Positions 55,938 through 63,999 of a DNA stretch of 64,000 nucleotides are shown here, piece after piece. This stretch comes from Bacteroidales bacterium (GTDB lineage: Bacteria > Bacteroidota > Bacteroidia > Bacteroidales > WRLA01). The notes beneath the pieces are model-generated. The model searched no databases, had not been told where the DNA came from, and was given only the letters and a program-made list of their open reading frames with translations. The stretch covers positions 4,332,640 through 4,396,639 of the forward strand of contig OY781463.1 in assembly GCA_963676725.1 (NCBI GenBank). Reading direction: 5' to 3'. A program made the position numbers and the translations under genes. Each line of letters begins with the position of its first letter. The first letter of the stretch is position 1.

Positions 55938-57683
55938 ATGAGAATTTATCACAAGCAGGTCCCACAAAAAAAGCCAACTCTATTTTCAATTTTATTTAAT
56001 GCTTTCTTGTTGATTGGGCTATTTGCAGGCAGTTTTACCGCTTCAGCTGATACTGACGAGGACGCCCTAAATGCGGGGATTGAAGCCCTTAAAGAAGGAA
56101 TCCAAAATGTATCGACCGACAAGACAACCTATAACCAAGATCTTACAATATTAGGACCCGCGGCTTATATTTTGAACTATAAAGTAGATGAAATAAGTTC
56201 AAAAGGGAAATCGAAGCAGACAGTCTACACTTTCAATTTGGCCGATCTTGATGAAAACCTGATCAGCAGGCAATCTTCGGGCAGCCAAATGTATGTAAGC
56301 CTTCGGTCAAAGAACCAGCAAAAGCTCTTTAAATACAGCGAAGATGGCGAACAAAAAGGCTATGCAAACGAATTTAGGATTTATGTAAATGATGTAGATA
56401 ATGCACGCATTATTATCGACAAACTGAAAGAAACTGTGCCCCTTGCCAATAAATTAATGAAAAACAGACTTCAGCTGTCTTCCTACGAACAAATGCAGGA
56501 ATGGTTAAAAAACAATATCGGCACTGTAATTCTAGGAAGCGATACATACAATCAGGAATTGGTTTTCAATCCGGATGTTGTAGGAAAAGTCTCCATGAAA
56601 TTGGTTCACTCGACCGGAAAAAAAGTAGAGTCCTTTTTATATGAATTTAACCTTGCAGATTTAAGTACTCATCTATTAAAATTTGATGTTTCGGGCAATA
56701 AACTGGAAATCAATGTGCAGGTGGAGCGCTCATTAAAATTGATTAAAACCTTTGAAGACGGCCAATTAAAAAACTACCGCAACGACATCGAAATATATGC
56801 CGAAAGCATTGATCAGGCACGCGATATTACCAATGTGTTTAAAATGGCGATTGAAAAAGCCGGTCCATTGGTAGAAGCAGCATTGCCTGTGCTTCCGGAT
56901 CAAGCATCACTGATAATTGAAGCCATTAATGCAGATGTGAAAGCCGTAGACCTAAACACAGAGCAAATTAGTCAATCTTTTACAAAAGACTGTGTTACAG
57001 AATTCAGATTTCAGAAAGTAACATCAAAATCGAGCACTGAAGAAAGTTATAGCTTTAATTTTAACGACTTAAACGCAAATCTAGTCGCCTATAAAGTAAA
57101 AGGGAACGAGCTCCTAATTGAGCTCTTTACGGAAAGTGCACAAAAGTTGATCAAGGTTACGGCAGATGGCCAAATTAAAGAATACAGCAAGCAAATGAGC
57201 ATTTATGTAAATGATCCGGAGGCTGCCCGTTTGACTGTATACCGCTTAAAAGCACTTATAGAACTGTGCAAAAACACATATCAAAGTCCGGTTCCAGAAG
57301 GAACAATGACGGAAAAAATCAGTTGGCTTTCTGAGCGTATCCCGGATGTTACTAAAGGCGATGCAACTTATACACAAAAACTCGAAATAAAAGACGGGGA
57401 CGACATCCGTTTTGAGCTAACAACATCAGGCAAAAAAAGCAGCACCTATGAGGTTTTTGAATTTAACTTATGCGATATTGATCCCAATATGGTCGAATTC
57501 TCCATCAAAGGAAAAGACCTTTTTGTAAAACTCACTACAAAATTCAAACAAAAAATCATCAAAAGCTATAAAGACGGAAAGACTCAAAAATTCACTGATG
57601 AGGTCCTTATTCGTGAAAACGATATCGAATCGGCACGGATAGTTATTGAAACAATAAAAGCGGCCATTGCCCAATGTGAGTAA
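55938..57683 (+). CDS. Secreted protein made of four tandem ~136-aa repeats, family unknown
   Basis: A signal peptide is present (LFSILFNAFLLIGLFAGSFTASA). The anchor motif F-N-(L/F)-x-D-(L/I) recurs at aa 99, 237, 373 and 509 (FNLADLD, FNLADLS, FNFNDLN, FNLCDID). Each is followed by a (S/K)G(N/K)xL strand, then Y..E(F/I).IY(V/A).(D/S)...AR. Confidence 0.8.
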   Translation: MRIYHKQVPQKKPTLFSILFNAFLLIGLFAGSFTASADTDEDALNAGIEALKEGIQNVSTDKTTYNQDLTILGPAAYILNYKVDEISSKGKSKQTVYTFNLADLDENLISRQSSGSQMYVSLRSKNQQKLFKYSEDGEQKGYANEFRIYVNDVDNARIIIDKLKETVPLANKLMKNRLQLSSYEQMQEWLKNNIGTVILGSDTYNQELVFNPDVVGKVSMKLVHSTGKKVESFLYEFNLADLSTHLLKFDVSGNKLEINVQVERSLKLIKTFEDGQLKNYRNDIEIYAESIDQARDITNVFKMAIEKAGPLVEAALPVLPDQASLIIEAINADVKAVDLNTEQISQSFTKDCVTEFRFQKVTSKSSTEESYSFNFNDLNANLVAYKVKGNELLIELFTESAQKLIKVTADGQIKEYSKQMSIYVNDPEAARLTVYRLKALIELCKNTYQSPVPEGTMTEKISWLSERIPDVTKGDATYTQKLEIKDGDDIRFELTTSGKKSSTYEVFEFNLCDIDPNMVEFSIKGKDLFVKLTTKFKQKIIKSYKDGKTQKFTDEVLIRENDIESARIVIETIKAAIAQCE

Positions 57684-57718
57684 AACAGGGGCTACGACTC
57701 CTTTTTAATTTAAAGATC

Positions 57719-57755
57719 AAATGCGGATGCCTCAGGGTTTTTCCGCATTTTTTAT
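57719..57755 (+). terminator. Rho-independent terminator after the repeat-protein gene
   Basis: AAATGCGGA (57719..57727) pairs with TCCGCATTT (57742..57750), and T-residues follow. Confidence 0.65.
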
Positions 57756-57862
57756 GAATCCCCGCATTTATTCCTCTGTTTTTTATACCTTTAAGGCATA
57801 GAAAAACATGCTGTAAAAAAATACAGCATCAATGTTCCTTGCACAATTTTCTTTTGTAAGCT

Positions 57863-57887
57863 GTAACCCGGCAAAGGCTACTGCGTC
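57863..57887 (+). promoter_or_regulatory. ECF-type promoter candidate (GTAACC-N15-CGTC, i.e. AAC-N16-CGT)
   Basis: AAC at 57865..57867 and CGTC at 57884..57887 are separated by 16 nt. The site ends 13 nt before the ATG at 57901 of the ECF sigma gene, which would be consistent with autoregulation. Confidence 0.35.
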
Positions 57888-57900
57888 ATATGAAACAGAG

Positions 57901-58476
57901 ATGAGCTATCAAGACGACCATATATACATTCAGCGCATTCGATTGGGCGACAAACAAGCATTTTCATGCCTGGTGGAAAAGCATAAAGCGATGGTATTTA
58001 CTATGGTTTTCGGTATATTGAAAAGCCGTGAAGATGCAGAAGAAGTGGCACAGGACGCATTTATTAAGGCGTATAAATCATTAGCAGGATTTAAAGGCAC
58101 AGCAAAATTCTCTACATGGTTATACCGGATTGCTTATACAACCGCTATTAGCCGAACACGCAGGAAGGTTCATGAATATACTGCCATCAGCAATGATATG
58201 GTTGAACGCTATTCGACAGATGATATTCATGAAAATATGCACAATTTAGATGATGAAGAGCGTTATAAAATTGTGGAAATGGTGTTAAGCCAACTAACCG
58301 ATGGTGATCAATTGTTGATACAGCTTTTCTACCATAAAAGCCAAAGCATTGAAGAAATTGCATCAATCACCGGATTATCAAGCTCCAATGTTAAGGTAAA
58401 ACTTTTTCGTATTCGAAGAAAAATGGCTGTGGAGATACAAGGGATTTTGGATGAACAAAAAAAAGAATTGGCCTAA
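57901..58476 (+). CDS. ECF (group IV) sigma-70 family RNA polymerase sigma factor
   Basis: Region 2 is present (DAEEVAQDAFIKAYKSLAGFKGTAKFSTWLYRIAYTTAIS), as is region 4 (SIEEIASITGLSSSNVKVKLFRIRRKM). The ORF track starts at 57832, but the ATG at 57901 lies just after the ECF-like promoter and gives a normal length. Confidence 0.85.
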   Translation: MSYQDDHIYIQRIRLGDKQAFSCLVEKHKAMVFTMVFGILKSREDAEEVAQDAFIKAYKSLAGFKGTAKFSTWLYRIAYTTAISRTRRKVHEYTAISNDMVERYSTDDIHENMHNLDDEERYKIVEMVLSQLTDGDQLLIQLFYHKSQSIEEIASITGLSSSNVKVKLFRIRRKMAVEIQGILDEQKKELA

Positions 58477-58916
58477 TGGAACAGACAAACGACATAAACG
58501 ATAAATTATTTAAGGAATTATTTTCTTCACTTCCGATGATGGAACCCTCTGCTGATTTTACCGACCGCGTAATGAACGGAATTGGTGTTTCGTCTGAGAA
58601 AGTTTCACTCAATGTGGTAGACACTCCCTCGAAGCTTATTTGGTACATACTTATGAGCATTTCAGGCTTTGTGGCCATTATTTTGCTTTATATGCAGTTC
58701 CCACTAAGCAGATGGTTTTCTGCACTTACCGGCGGCGGGGAAATCGAATTTGGCTTGCTGATTTATGTGCATCGTATGGCACAAACAATGATGGATAAGG
58801 TTTCTGCTTTTGAACCAAATACGCTTATATTTACTGTCCTTTTTGCTTTGCTTAGTTTATTCCTTCTCGACAAACTGCTCAAATCGAGGACAAGCGCAGG
58901 GTTTTTTCTAGCGTAG
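58476..58916 (+). CDS. Putative membrane anti-sigma factor (hypothetical)
   Basis: The start overlaps the sigma stop codon (TAATG). A short cytoplasmic N-terminus is followed by TM helices. The role is assigned by context only. Confidence 0.45.
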   Translation: MEQTNDINDKLFKELFSSLPMMEPSADFTDRVMNGIGVSSEKVSLNVVDTPSKLIWYILMSISGFVAIILLYMQFPLSRWFSALTGGGEIEFGLLIYVHRMAQTMMDKVSAFEPNTLIFTVLFALLSLFLLDKLLKSRTSAGFFLA

Positions 58917-59097
58917 GAACACCTTCCCCTGCGGCATTAAGCACAGAACTTCATCCTTTTTTTTGCTATATTTGAACAATAAACAGCCTGTCTTTTTGCA
59001 TCTAAGAAAAGAGCTGTTTTTCGAATAAAACGGCCAATAAGCCGGGTTTTCTGCCCTTCTTGCTGTGAAAACCAGGTTTTATCAACGTACTATCATC

Positions 59098-59967
59098 ATG
59101 AAAAAAGAACTTCAAGAACAAGCAGAAAAAATACTTCAGGAAAAAATATCGGCAAAAACCCAAATTCTCGAAAGTAGGAGTATAGGCGGTGGTGATATCA
59201 ATCATGCATCACTGTTAAAAACAAATTCAGGAAATTACTTTCTAAAAAGCAATAAGCGTTCGCTCTATCCGAAAATGTTTGAACGCGAAGCTGAGGGACT
59301 CCAGCTAATACGGTCAAATACTTCACTGAAGGTGCCTGATGTTATTGGCTTTGGCGAAACATCAGAAGATGCCTTTTTGATTTTAGAATACTTAGCTCCG
59401 GCCACTGCAGGTTTGGACTATCATCGCAATCTGGGAAAAGGCCTTGCCGAGCTTCATCGCAGCACATCCGATTCTTTTGGGTTGGATACAGATAATTATA
59501 TCGGTTCCCTACATCAAAGCAATAGCAGACATGAAGATTGGATCCCATTTTTTATTCATGAGCGCATCGAACCTATGCTGCGTAAAGCACGAGATGCAAA
59601 AGCAATAGACAAAGAATTAGTGCGGAATTTTGATCGCTTATTCCTAAGGCTTGAAAGCATTTTTCCGGAGGAGAAAGCGGCATTATTGCATGGCGATTTA
59701 TGGAGCGGTAATGTGCACAATAATGGCGGACCATGCCTTATTGATCCCGCTGTATATTATGGGCATAGGGAGATGGATCTGGCCATGACACACTTATTCG
59801 GAGGTTTCTCTTCAGGATTTTATGAAGCATACAATTCCTTCTTCCCACTAGAACCCGGTTGGAATAAGCGTTTGGATATCTGTAATTTATACCCACTATT
59901 GGTTCATGTAAACCTTTTTGGGGGCGGATATGTCCAATCAATTCATAGGATTCTTAAAATATTTTAG
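59098..59967 (+). CDS. Fructosamine/ketosamine-3-kinase family protein
   Basis: IGGGDINHASLLKTNSGNYFLKSN and the catalytic block ALLHGDLWSGN are present. The ORF track starts at GTG 59065, and an ATG lies at 59098. Confidence 0.8.
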   Translation: MKKELQEQAEKILQEKISAKTQILESRSIGGGDINHASLLKTNSGNYFLKSNKRSLYPKMFEREAEGLQLIRSNTSLKVPDVIGFGETSEDAFLILEYLAPATAGLDYHRNLGKGLAELHRSTSDSFGLDTDNYIGSLHQSNSRHEDWIPFFIHERIEPMLRKARDAKAIDKELVRNFDRLFLRLESIFPEEKAALLHGDLWSGNVHNNGGPCLIDPAVYYGHREMDLAMTHLFGGFSSGFYEAYNSFFPLEPGWNKRLDICNLYPLLVHVNLFGGGYVQSIHRILKIF

Positions 59968-60055
59968 GATAAAACTGAAGTTTTTTCAGCATTTTTATTT
60001 ATTTTTACCCTTTGGATATGAGTTATTTTGATGTTCATTATACAAATTTTATACT

Positions 60056-60592
60056 ATGAAAAAAGCAGGAATTATATATTGGCCCCTCGGTGGAAACACA
60101 GAAACTGTGAGTGAAAAAATTCAAGAAAAGCTCCAGGGATTTTCAGAAAGAGTGAAATGTGAAAGCGTCCATATCAATCAATTAAACGAAGACAAACTTA
60201 ATTCTTTCGATTTCTTAATTGTAGGCGGACCAACTGTTGGCGCCGATAACTGGCAAAATACAGACGACAACAATGAATGGCACAGCTTTTATGCCTTAAT
60301 CCACTCGATGGATCTTACAGGAAAAAAAGTTGCTCTTTTTGGTCTAGGCGATCAGGTTCTTTATCCTGATAACTTTGTTGATAGCATGGCGATTCTTCGG
60401 GAAGAATTCCTGAAACAAGGCGCCACTATTGTTGGAGCATGGCCTACAGAAGGATACGACTTCTCCGACTCCAAAGCCGTTGATGGGGATTATTTCTTTG
60501 GATTGGCCATTGATGAAGATCAACAATCGGAATTAACCGAAGAACGTATTTTGGGTTGGATTGATATTCTCTTGGAAGAATTTGATGTCTAA
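60056..60592 (+). CDS. Long-chain flavodoxin
   Basis: The FMN phosphate loop is present (YWPLGGNTETVSEKI), with later FGLGDQ and YFFGLAIDEDQQ blocks. The 178-aa size fits. Confidence 0.8.
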   Translation: MKKAGIIYWPLGGNTETVSEKIQEKLQGFSERVKCESVHINQLNEDKLNSFDFLIVGGPTVGADNWQNTDDNNEWHSFYALIHSMDLTGKKVALFGLGDQVLYPDNFVDSMAILREEFLKQGATIVGAWPTEGYDFSDSKAVDGDYFFGLAIDEDQQSELTEERILGWIDILLEEFDV

Positions 60593-60651
60593 TACGATTA
60601 ATAAAAACATAATCAATTATAATATAGCGTTTAACAAAAATCAGGAAAATT

Positions 60652-61089
60652 ATGTCGGAACTAAATTTTAAGCAAATTGTTTATGCTGGCTTGGTTGCAG
60701 TTGCCGGAGAAGACGAAGATGTAACAAAAACCGAAAAAAAACGAATCGATAAAGTTTTTGATCACTTCATTAAAATGTCATCCAAAGAAAAAAAACAGGT
60801 TTTTGAGCGTTGGGACAAAATGAACGAAAACGACTTTGTTCAAATGATCGTTGATGAGCTAAGGCAATTTCCGAAACAAGATCAACTCGAGGCCTGGAAA
60901 CGCATCGCCCAATACATCAATTTCACAAAAAACGAATACGACAAAAGCTCGAAAGTCGTTATGAAAGATGGTGTAGATATTCAACGCATCGAAATTTCAA
61001 AATATTGGGATAAGGCAAATGTAATCAGGGAAAAACTTGATTTTACAGCAGCAGAATATAATGCTTTTGTAAAAGCCGGACGTCGATAG
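60652..61089 (+). CDS. Hypothetical cytoplasmic protein (145 aa), faint TerB-like flavour
   Basis: This is a clean ORF with a charged helical composition. I cannot name a diagnostic motif. Confidence 0.5.
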   Translation: MSELNFKQIVYAGLVAVAGEDEDVTKTEKKRIDKVFDHFIKMSSKEKKQVFERWDKMNENDFVQMIVDELRQFPKQDQLEAWKRIAQYINFTKNEYDKSSKVVMKDGVDIQRIEISKYWDKANVIREKLDFTAAEYNAFVKAGRR

Positions 61090-61223
61090 TTTCTATCCAC
61101 AAAGTTCAATCCCCGAATAGGTTTCTGCTGGGCATTATGTGGCGCTCAGCCTGTGCTGTGTTGTGATGCATTATTCTGTTTTGCGCCGTGAAACCCGAAC
61201 GAAGCTTGTCGAAATACTTGCTC

Positions 61224-61267
61224 AAAATCCAAACCGGATCTAATAAGATATTAAAGGTTTGGATTTT
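61224..61267. terminator. Perfect 12-bp inverted repeat (AAAATCCAAACC / GGTTTGGATTTT), 20-nt loop
   Basis: It lies in the 285-bp gap between the convergent genes ending at 61089 (+) and 61374 (-). A/T runs are built into both stem ends, so it could act as a bidirectional terminator. Confidence 0.4.
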
Positions 61268-61373
61268 GGGTATTAGGGCTTACGGTTTTCTGTAGATTTG
61301 ATGCACTTCAGAGAGGCTAAAGCTTAGAATTATACTCCATTTTTGGAAGTGCATCCACAGTAAAGGTAAAAAA

Positions 61374-61637
61374 TTACCATATCATTGTCCAATAAACTAT
61401 AATATTTTCTTTTTCTGATGTTGCAAAACCTTTGGAATAGCCATGTTTCCACTCTTTTAAGCTTTCCGGACGATATTCGTTGCAATCATTTTTCCAAAAA
61501 TTGCCCGCCCTGGCATCCACAACATGGACTTGCAGGTCTGAGGGGACATAATATGTATCAACAACATATTGGTCTTTATCAACGGTAACCTCCATTCTAT
61601 TGCATACGCTATCTGCGAATATATAATTCCTTTCAAA
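61374..61637. repeat. 264-bp direct repeat, copy 1
   Basis: Manual alignment to 63102..63365 shows no indels and 6 mismatches. Identity begins exactly at the stop codon. Confidence 0.9.
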
Positions 61638-61703
61638 ACTCTTGGTGAGACCATATCTAATAAAGTACATTAATAAATCTCTTTTTGTGCTAATTTGTGC
61701 CAA
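61374..61703 (-). pseudogene. Truncated paralog (C-terminal 83 aa) of the lipoprotein gene 63102..63800
   Basis: The last 264 nt are a near-identical copy of 63102..63365. The 5' 26 codons are unrelated. The ORF opens with TTG and lacks the signal peptide and lipobox of the full-length copy. Confidence 0.55.
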
Positions 61704-61751
61704 ACACCAACTTAAACTGCTGTTTTTCAGGATTTCAGATAGTTTTGACTA

Positions 61752-62555
61752 TTATTCCAAATTAGAGCATGACACAAAAAAACCTTTAAAAAAATAAATA
61801 TCTTCTTTAAGATATTCGTCTGGTATCATTAAACGGCCAACTATATTACTATTCCCCGGTCTTTGTTCTGTATAGTAAAAAGAATAGTAATCTGGCAAAG
61901 TGTCGAAGGACACATATTGCAAAGTGTCAAAACAATTAAATGAATTGTCAAACTCACCAATGAGTATCTTGGCCCCTTCAACAGCTTCTGGAAAGGTAAT
62001 ATCAAGCTTCACCTGTGTTTCTTCATTAACAAAAATCGTATCATCCATTACCACATCTACATACATGCCTTGGATTATTTCGTCGGAAGAGGTGCTATCA
62101 CGTAAATAAAAGTATAATTCCCCAGCCCAAAAAACCTTACCATTTAGCTTCCCAAAAACTCTTTTTCTGCCAATAGTTGTGTCTTCTTTAACCATATTAT
62201 CGTAATAAAGTGCTTGAAAATTATTAATATAAAGGGAACTCCTAATCCAACCGCCATTTTCATTATAAACCATATTTACACCATGAACCAAACCTTTATT
62301 AAAGTTCGTTCGAATACTTGCATCTCCATTTGGAAAGTAGGCGACAACTTCACCTTCTGGCACCCCATTTTTTAATGGGGTTTTCGAACAAAGAATCCCA
62401 TTAAGAAATCTATACCGTTCACTATTTAATGTGTCGCTACCATTTTCGCAGATATACTTGTAAATAAGAGTATCAGATTTAGTTACGACAACCTCATTGT
62501 CATTACATGATATAAAAAACAATGAACAAAATAATAAAATTGAAAAAGATTTCAT
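61752..62555 (-). CDS. Lipoprotein with MORN-variant / YwqK-like repeats
   Basis: A lipobox is present (LFFISCNDN). G-x-x-x-G-x-x-x-x-Y-x-x-N-G type repeats (NGVPEGEVVAYFPNGD, KGLVHGVNMVYNENGG) occur as in YwqK-family antitoxin/immunity-like proteins. Confidence 0.45.
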   Translation of the reverse strand: MKSFSILLFCSLFFISCNDNEVVVTKSDTLIYKYICENGSDTLNSERYRFLNGILCSKTPLKNGVPEGEVVAYFPNGDASIRTNFNKGLVHGVNMVYNENGGWIRSSLYINNFQALYYDNMVKEDTTIGRKRVFGKLNGKVFWAGELYFYLRDSTSSDEIIQGMYVDVVMDDTIFVNEETQVKLDITFPEAVEGAKILIGEFDNSFNCFDTLQYVSFDTLPDYYSFYYTEQRPGNSNIVGRLMIPDEYLKEDIYFFKGFFVSCSNLE

Positions 62556-62626
62556 GTCGCTAAACTATTTTATGGATTATAATTATATCATTATTGTCAG
62601 ACAAAACCAAAATATAGTCAAATTGA

Positions 62627-63061
62627 TTAGCTGTTTTTATTTTGCTTTAATCTGCTTTTATAAAATTTAACAGGAATCGCATATTCTTTTATCTTTATAG
62701 GGTTGCCTCTTTGTTTTGCGGGCTTATCAAATTCAATTAGCCGAGAAATCCTCAGGGCTTCTCTGTCAATGTCATCCCGACTATTATTAAGAATATAATG
62801 TAAAGAGGTTTTCCCATGAGTATCCACCGTACAGCTGATAAATATTGTAATATCATTTTTAATTTCTTCAATAGAATCATAACGAATTTGGTCTTGAATA
62901 AATTTATGCATTTTTTCTGTTCCTCCTCTAAAATAGGGCATATCCTCCACTACGCCATATCCAACTTCCTCTAAAACAGCAGAATCCGATGTACTGGATT
63001 GTGCTAAAACCTGACTTGTTGTGAAAAGGAAGACAAGTACTATAATTATGTTTTTTTTCAT
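62627..63061 (-). CDS. Secreted TonB-C-terminal-domain-like protein
   Basis: The ATG at 63061 gives a signal peptide (MKKNIIIVLVFLFTTSQVLAQS). VEDMPYFRGGTEKMHKFIQDQIRY resembles the start of the TonB_C domains common in small Bacteroidetes proteins. Confidence 0.45.
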   Translation of the reverse strand: MKKNIIIVLVFLFTTSQVLAQSSTSDSAVLEEVGYGVVEDMPYFRGGTEKMHKFIQDQIRYDSIEEIKNDITIFISCTVDTHGKTSLHYILNNSRDDIDREALRISRLIEFDKPAKQRGNPIKIKEYAIPVKFYKSRLKQNKNS

Positions 63062-63101
63062 GATGTTAATAATATTTTCAAACAATATGCCAAACTTCGC
63101 T

Positions 63102-63365
63102 TTACCATATCATTGTCCAATAAACTATAATATTTTCTTTTTTTGATGTTGCAAATCCTTTGGAATAGCCATGTTTCCACTCTTTTAAGCTTTCCGGACG
63201 ATATTCGTTGCAATCATTTTTCCAAAAATTGCCCGCCCTGGCATCCACAACATGTACTTGCAGGTCTGAGGGGACATAATATGTATCAACAACATATTGG
63301 TCTTTATCAACGGTAACCTCCATTCTATTGCATACGCTATCTGAAAATATATAATTCATTTCAAA
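63102..63365. repeat. 264-bp direct repeat, copy 2
   Basis: See copy 1. The repeats are spaced 1728 bp apart, start to start. Confidence 0.9.
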
Positions 63366-63800
63366 GCAAGGAACGGGAAGAAGGCCTTTTTCAAATACAT
63401 TATATCTTTTTGCAGTATCAATAAGCTGTGCGCTTCTGCCCAAATATATTATACAATTTTTAGCTGAATAATAGTCAGCCTCATACAAAATATGGTCTGA
63501 GTTATAATTTTGTCCCTCATCACTTTTGTCTAATGATTTTAATGTAACTATCCCCCATTGTATGTGCCGCTTACAATCCTCAGTAACCGAAGGGGGGGAG
63601 GCAAAATAACCATATTTTTTACTTGAAAGATTCCTTGGGAATACATCAAACAAATTTTCTTCAACGCAATACTCCTCAAAATTATATTTTTGGGTTTTTA
63701 GATTATCTCTTATTCGCGCATTCATCATTCTTTGCTCAATAGACTCGCAGCTAAAAAGCGTGATACAAATAAAAAAGAAGCATATTTTAGTTCTTTTCAT
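63102..63800 (-). CDS. Lipoprotein of unknown function (full-length copy of the duplicated C-terminal module)
   Basis: A lipobox is present (ICITLFSCESIEQ). The 232-aa product ends in an 83-aa C-terminal module shared with 61374..61703. Confidence 0.7.
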   Translation of the reverse strand: MKRTKICFFFICITLFSCESIEQRMMNARIRDNLKTQKYNFEEYCVEENLFDVFPRNLSSKKYGYFASPPSVTEDCKRHIQWGIVTLKSLDKSDEGQNYNSDHILYEADYYSAKNCIIYLGRSAQLIDTAKRYNVFEKGLLPVPCFEMNYIFSDSVCNRMEVTVDKDQYVVDTYYVPSDLQVHVVDARAGNFWKNDCNEYRPESLKEWKHGYSKGFATSKKENIIVYWTMIW

Positions 63801-63825
63801 ACCTATAATTATTCAATAAAACACC

Positions 63826-63999
63826 TTAATCATAGTAATACAGCCAGCAAACGGCATATTTATTATCCTTGGTCAAATACACACCAAGTGTGTAATTTTG
63901 TTGTTGATGTGATTTTGTTAATTCGCATCTAAATATTTCGACTTCACCATATTGAATAATATATGGCACAAAATCATTGCGCTTATATTTCTTTGTTGT
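63826..63999 (-). CDS. 3' end of a further minus-strand gene running off the window (hypothetical)
   Basis: An open frame runs from the window edge to the TAA at 63826..63828 (..KRNDFVPYIIQYGEVEIFRCELTKSHQQQNYTLGVYLTKDNKYAVCWLYYYD*). It is not in the ORF track because it has no start codon inside the window. Confidence 0.4.
   Translation of the reverse strand, partial: TTKKYKRNDFVPYIIQYGEVEIFRCELTKSHQQQNYTLGVYLTKDNKYAVCWLYYYD

Noticed and set aside
61095-61125. GTTCAATCCCCGAATAGG just after the stop at 61089 resembles a tRNA T-loop and 3' acceptor fragment. It could be an att-site remnant.
   Set aside because: The 5' half of the T-stem does not pair (CAAAG against CCCGA). No cloverleaf can be drawn, there is no tRNA or integrase anywhere in the window, and I found no second copy to define att sites.
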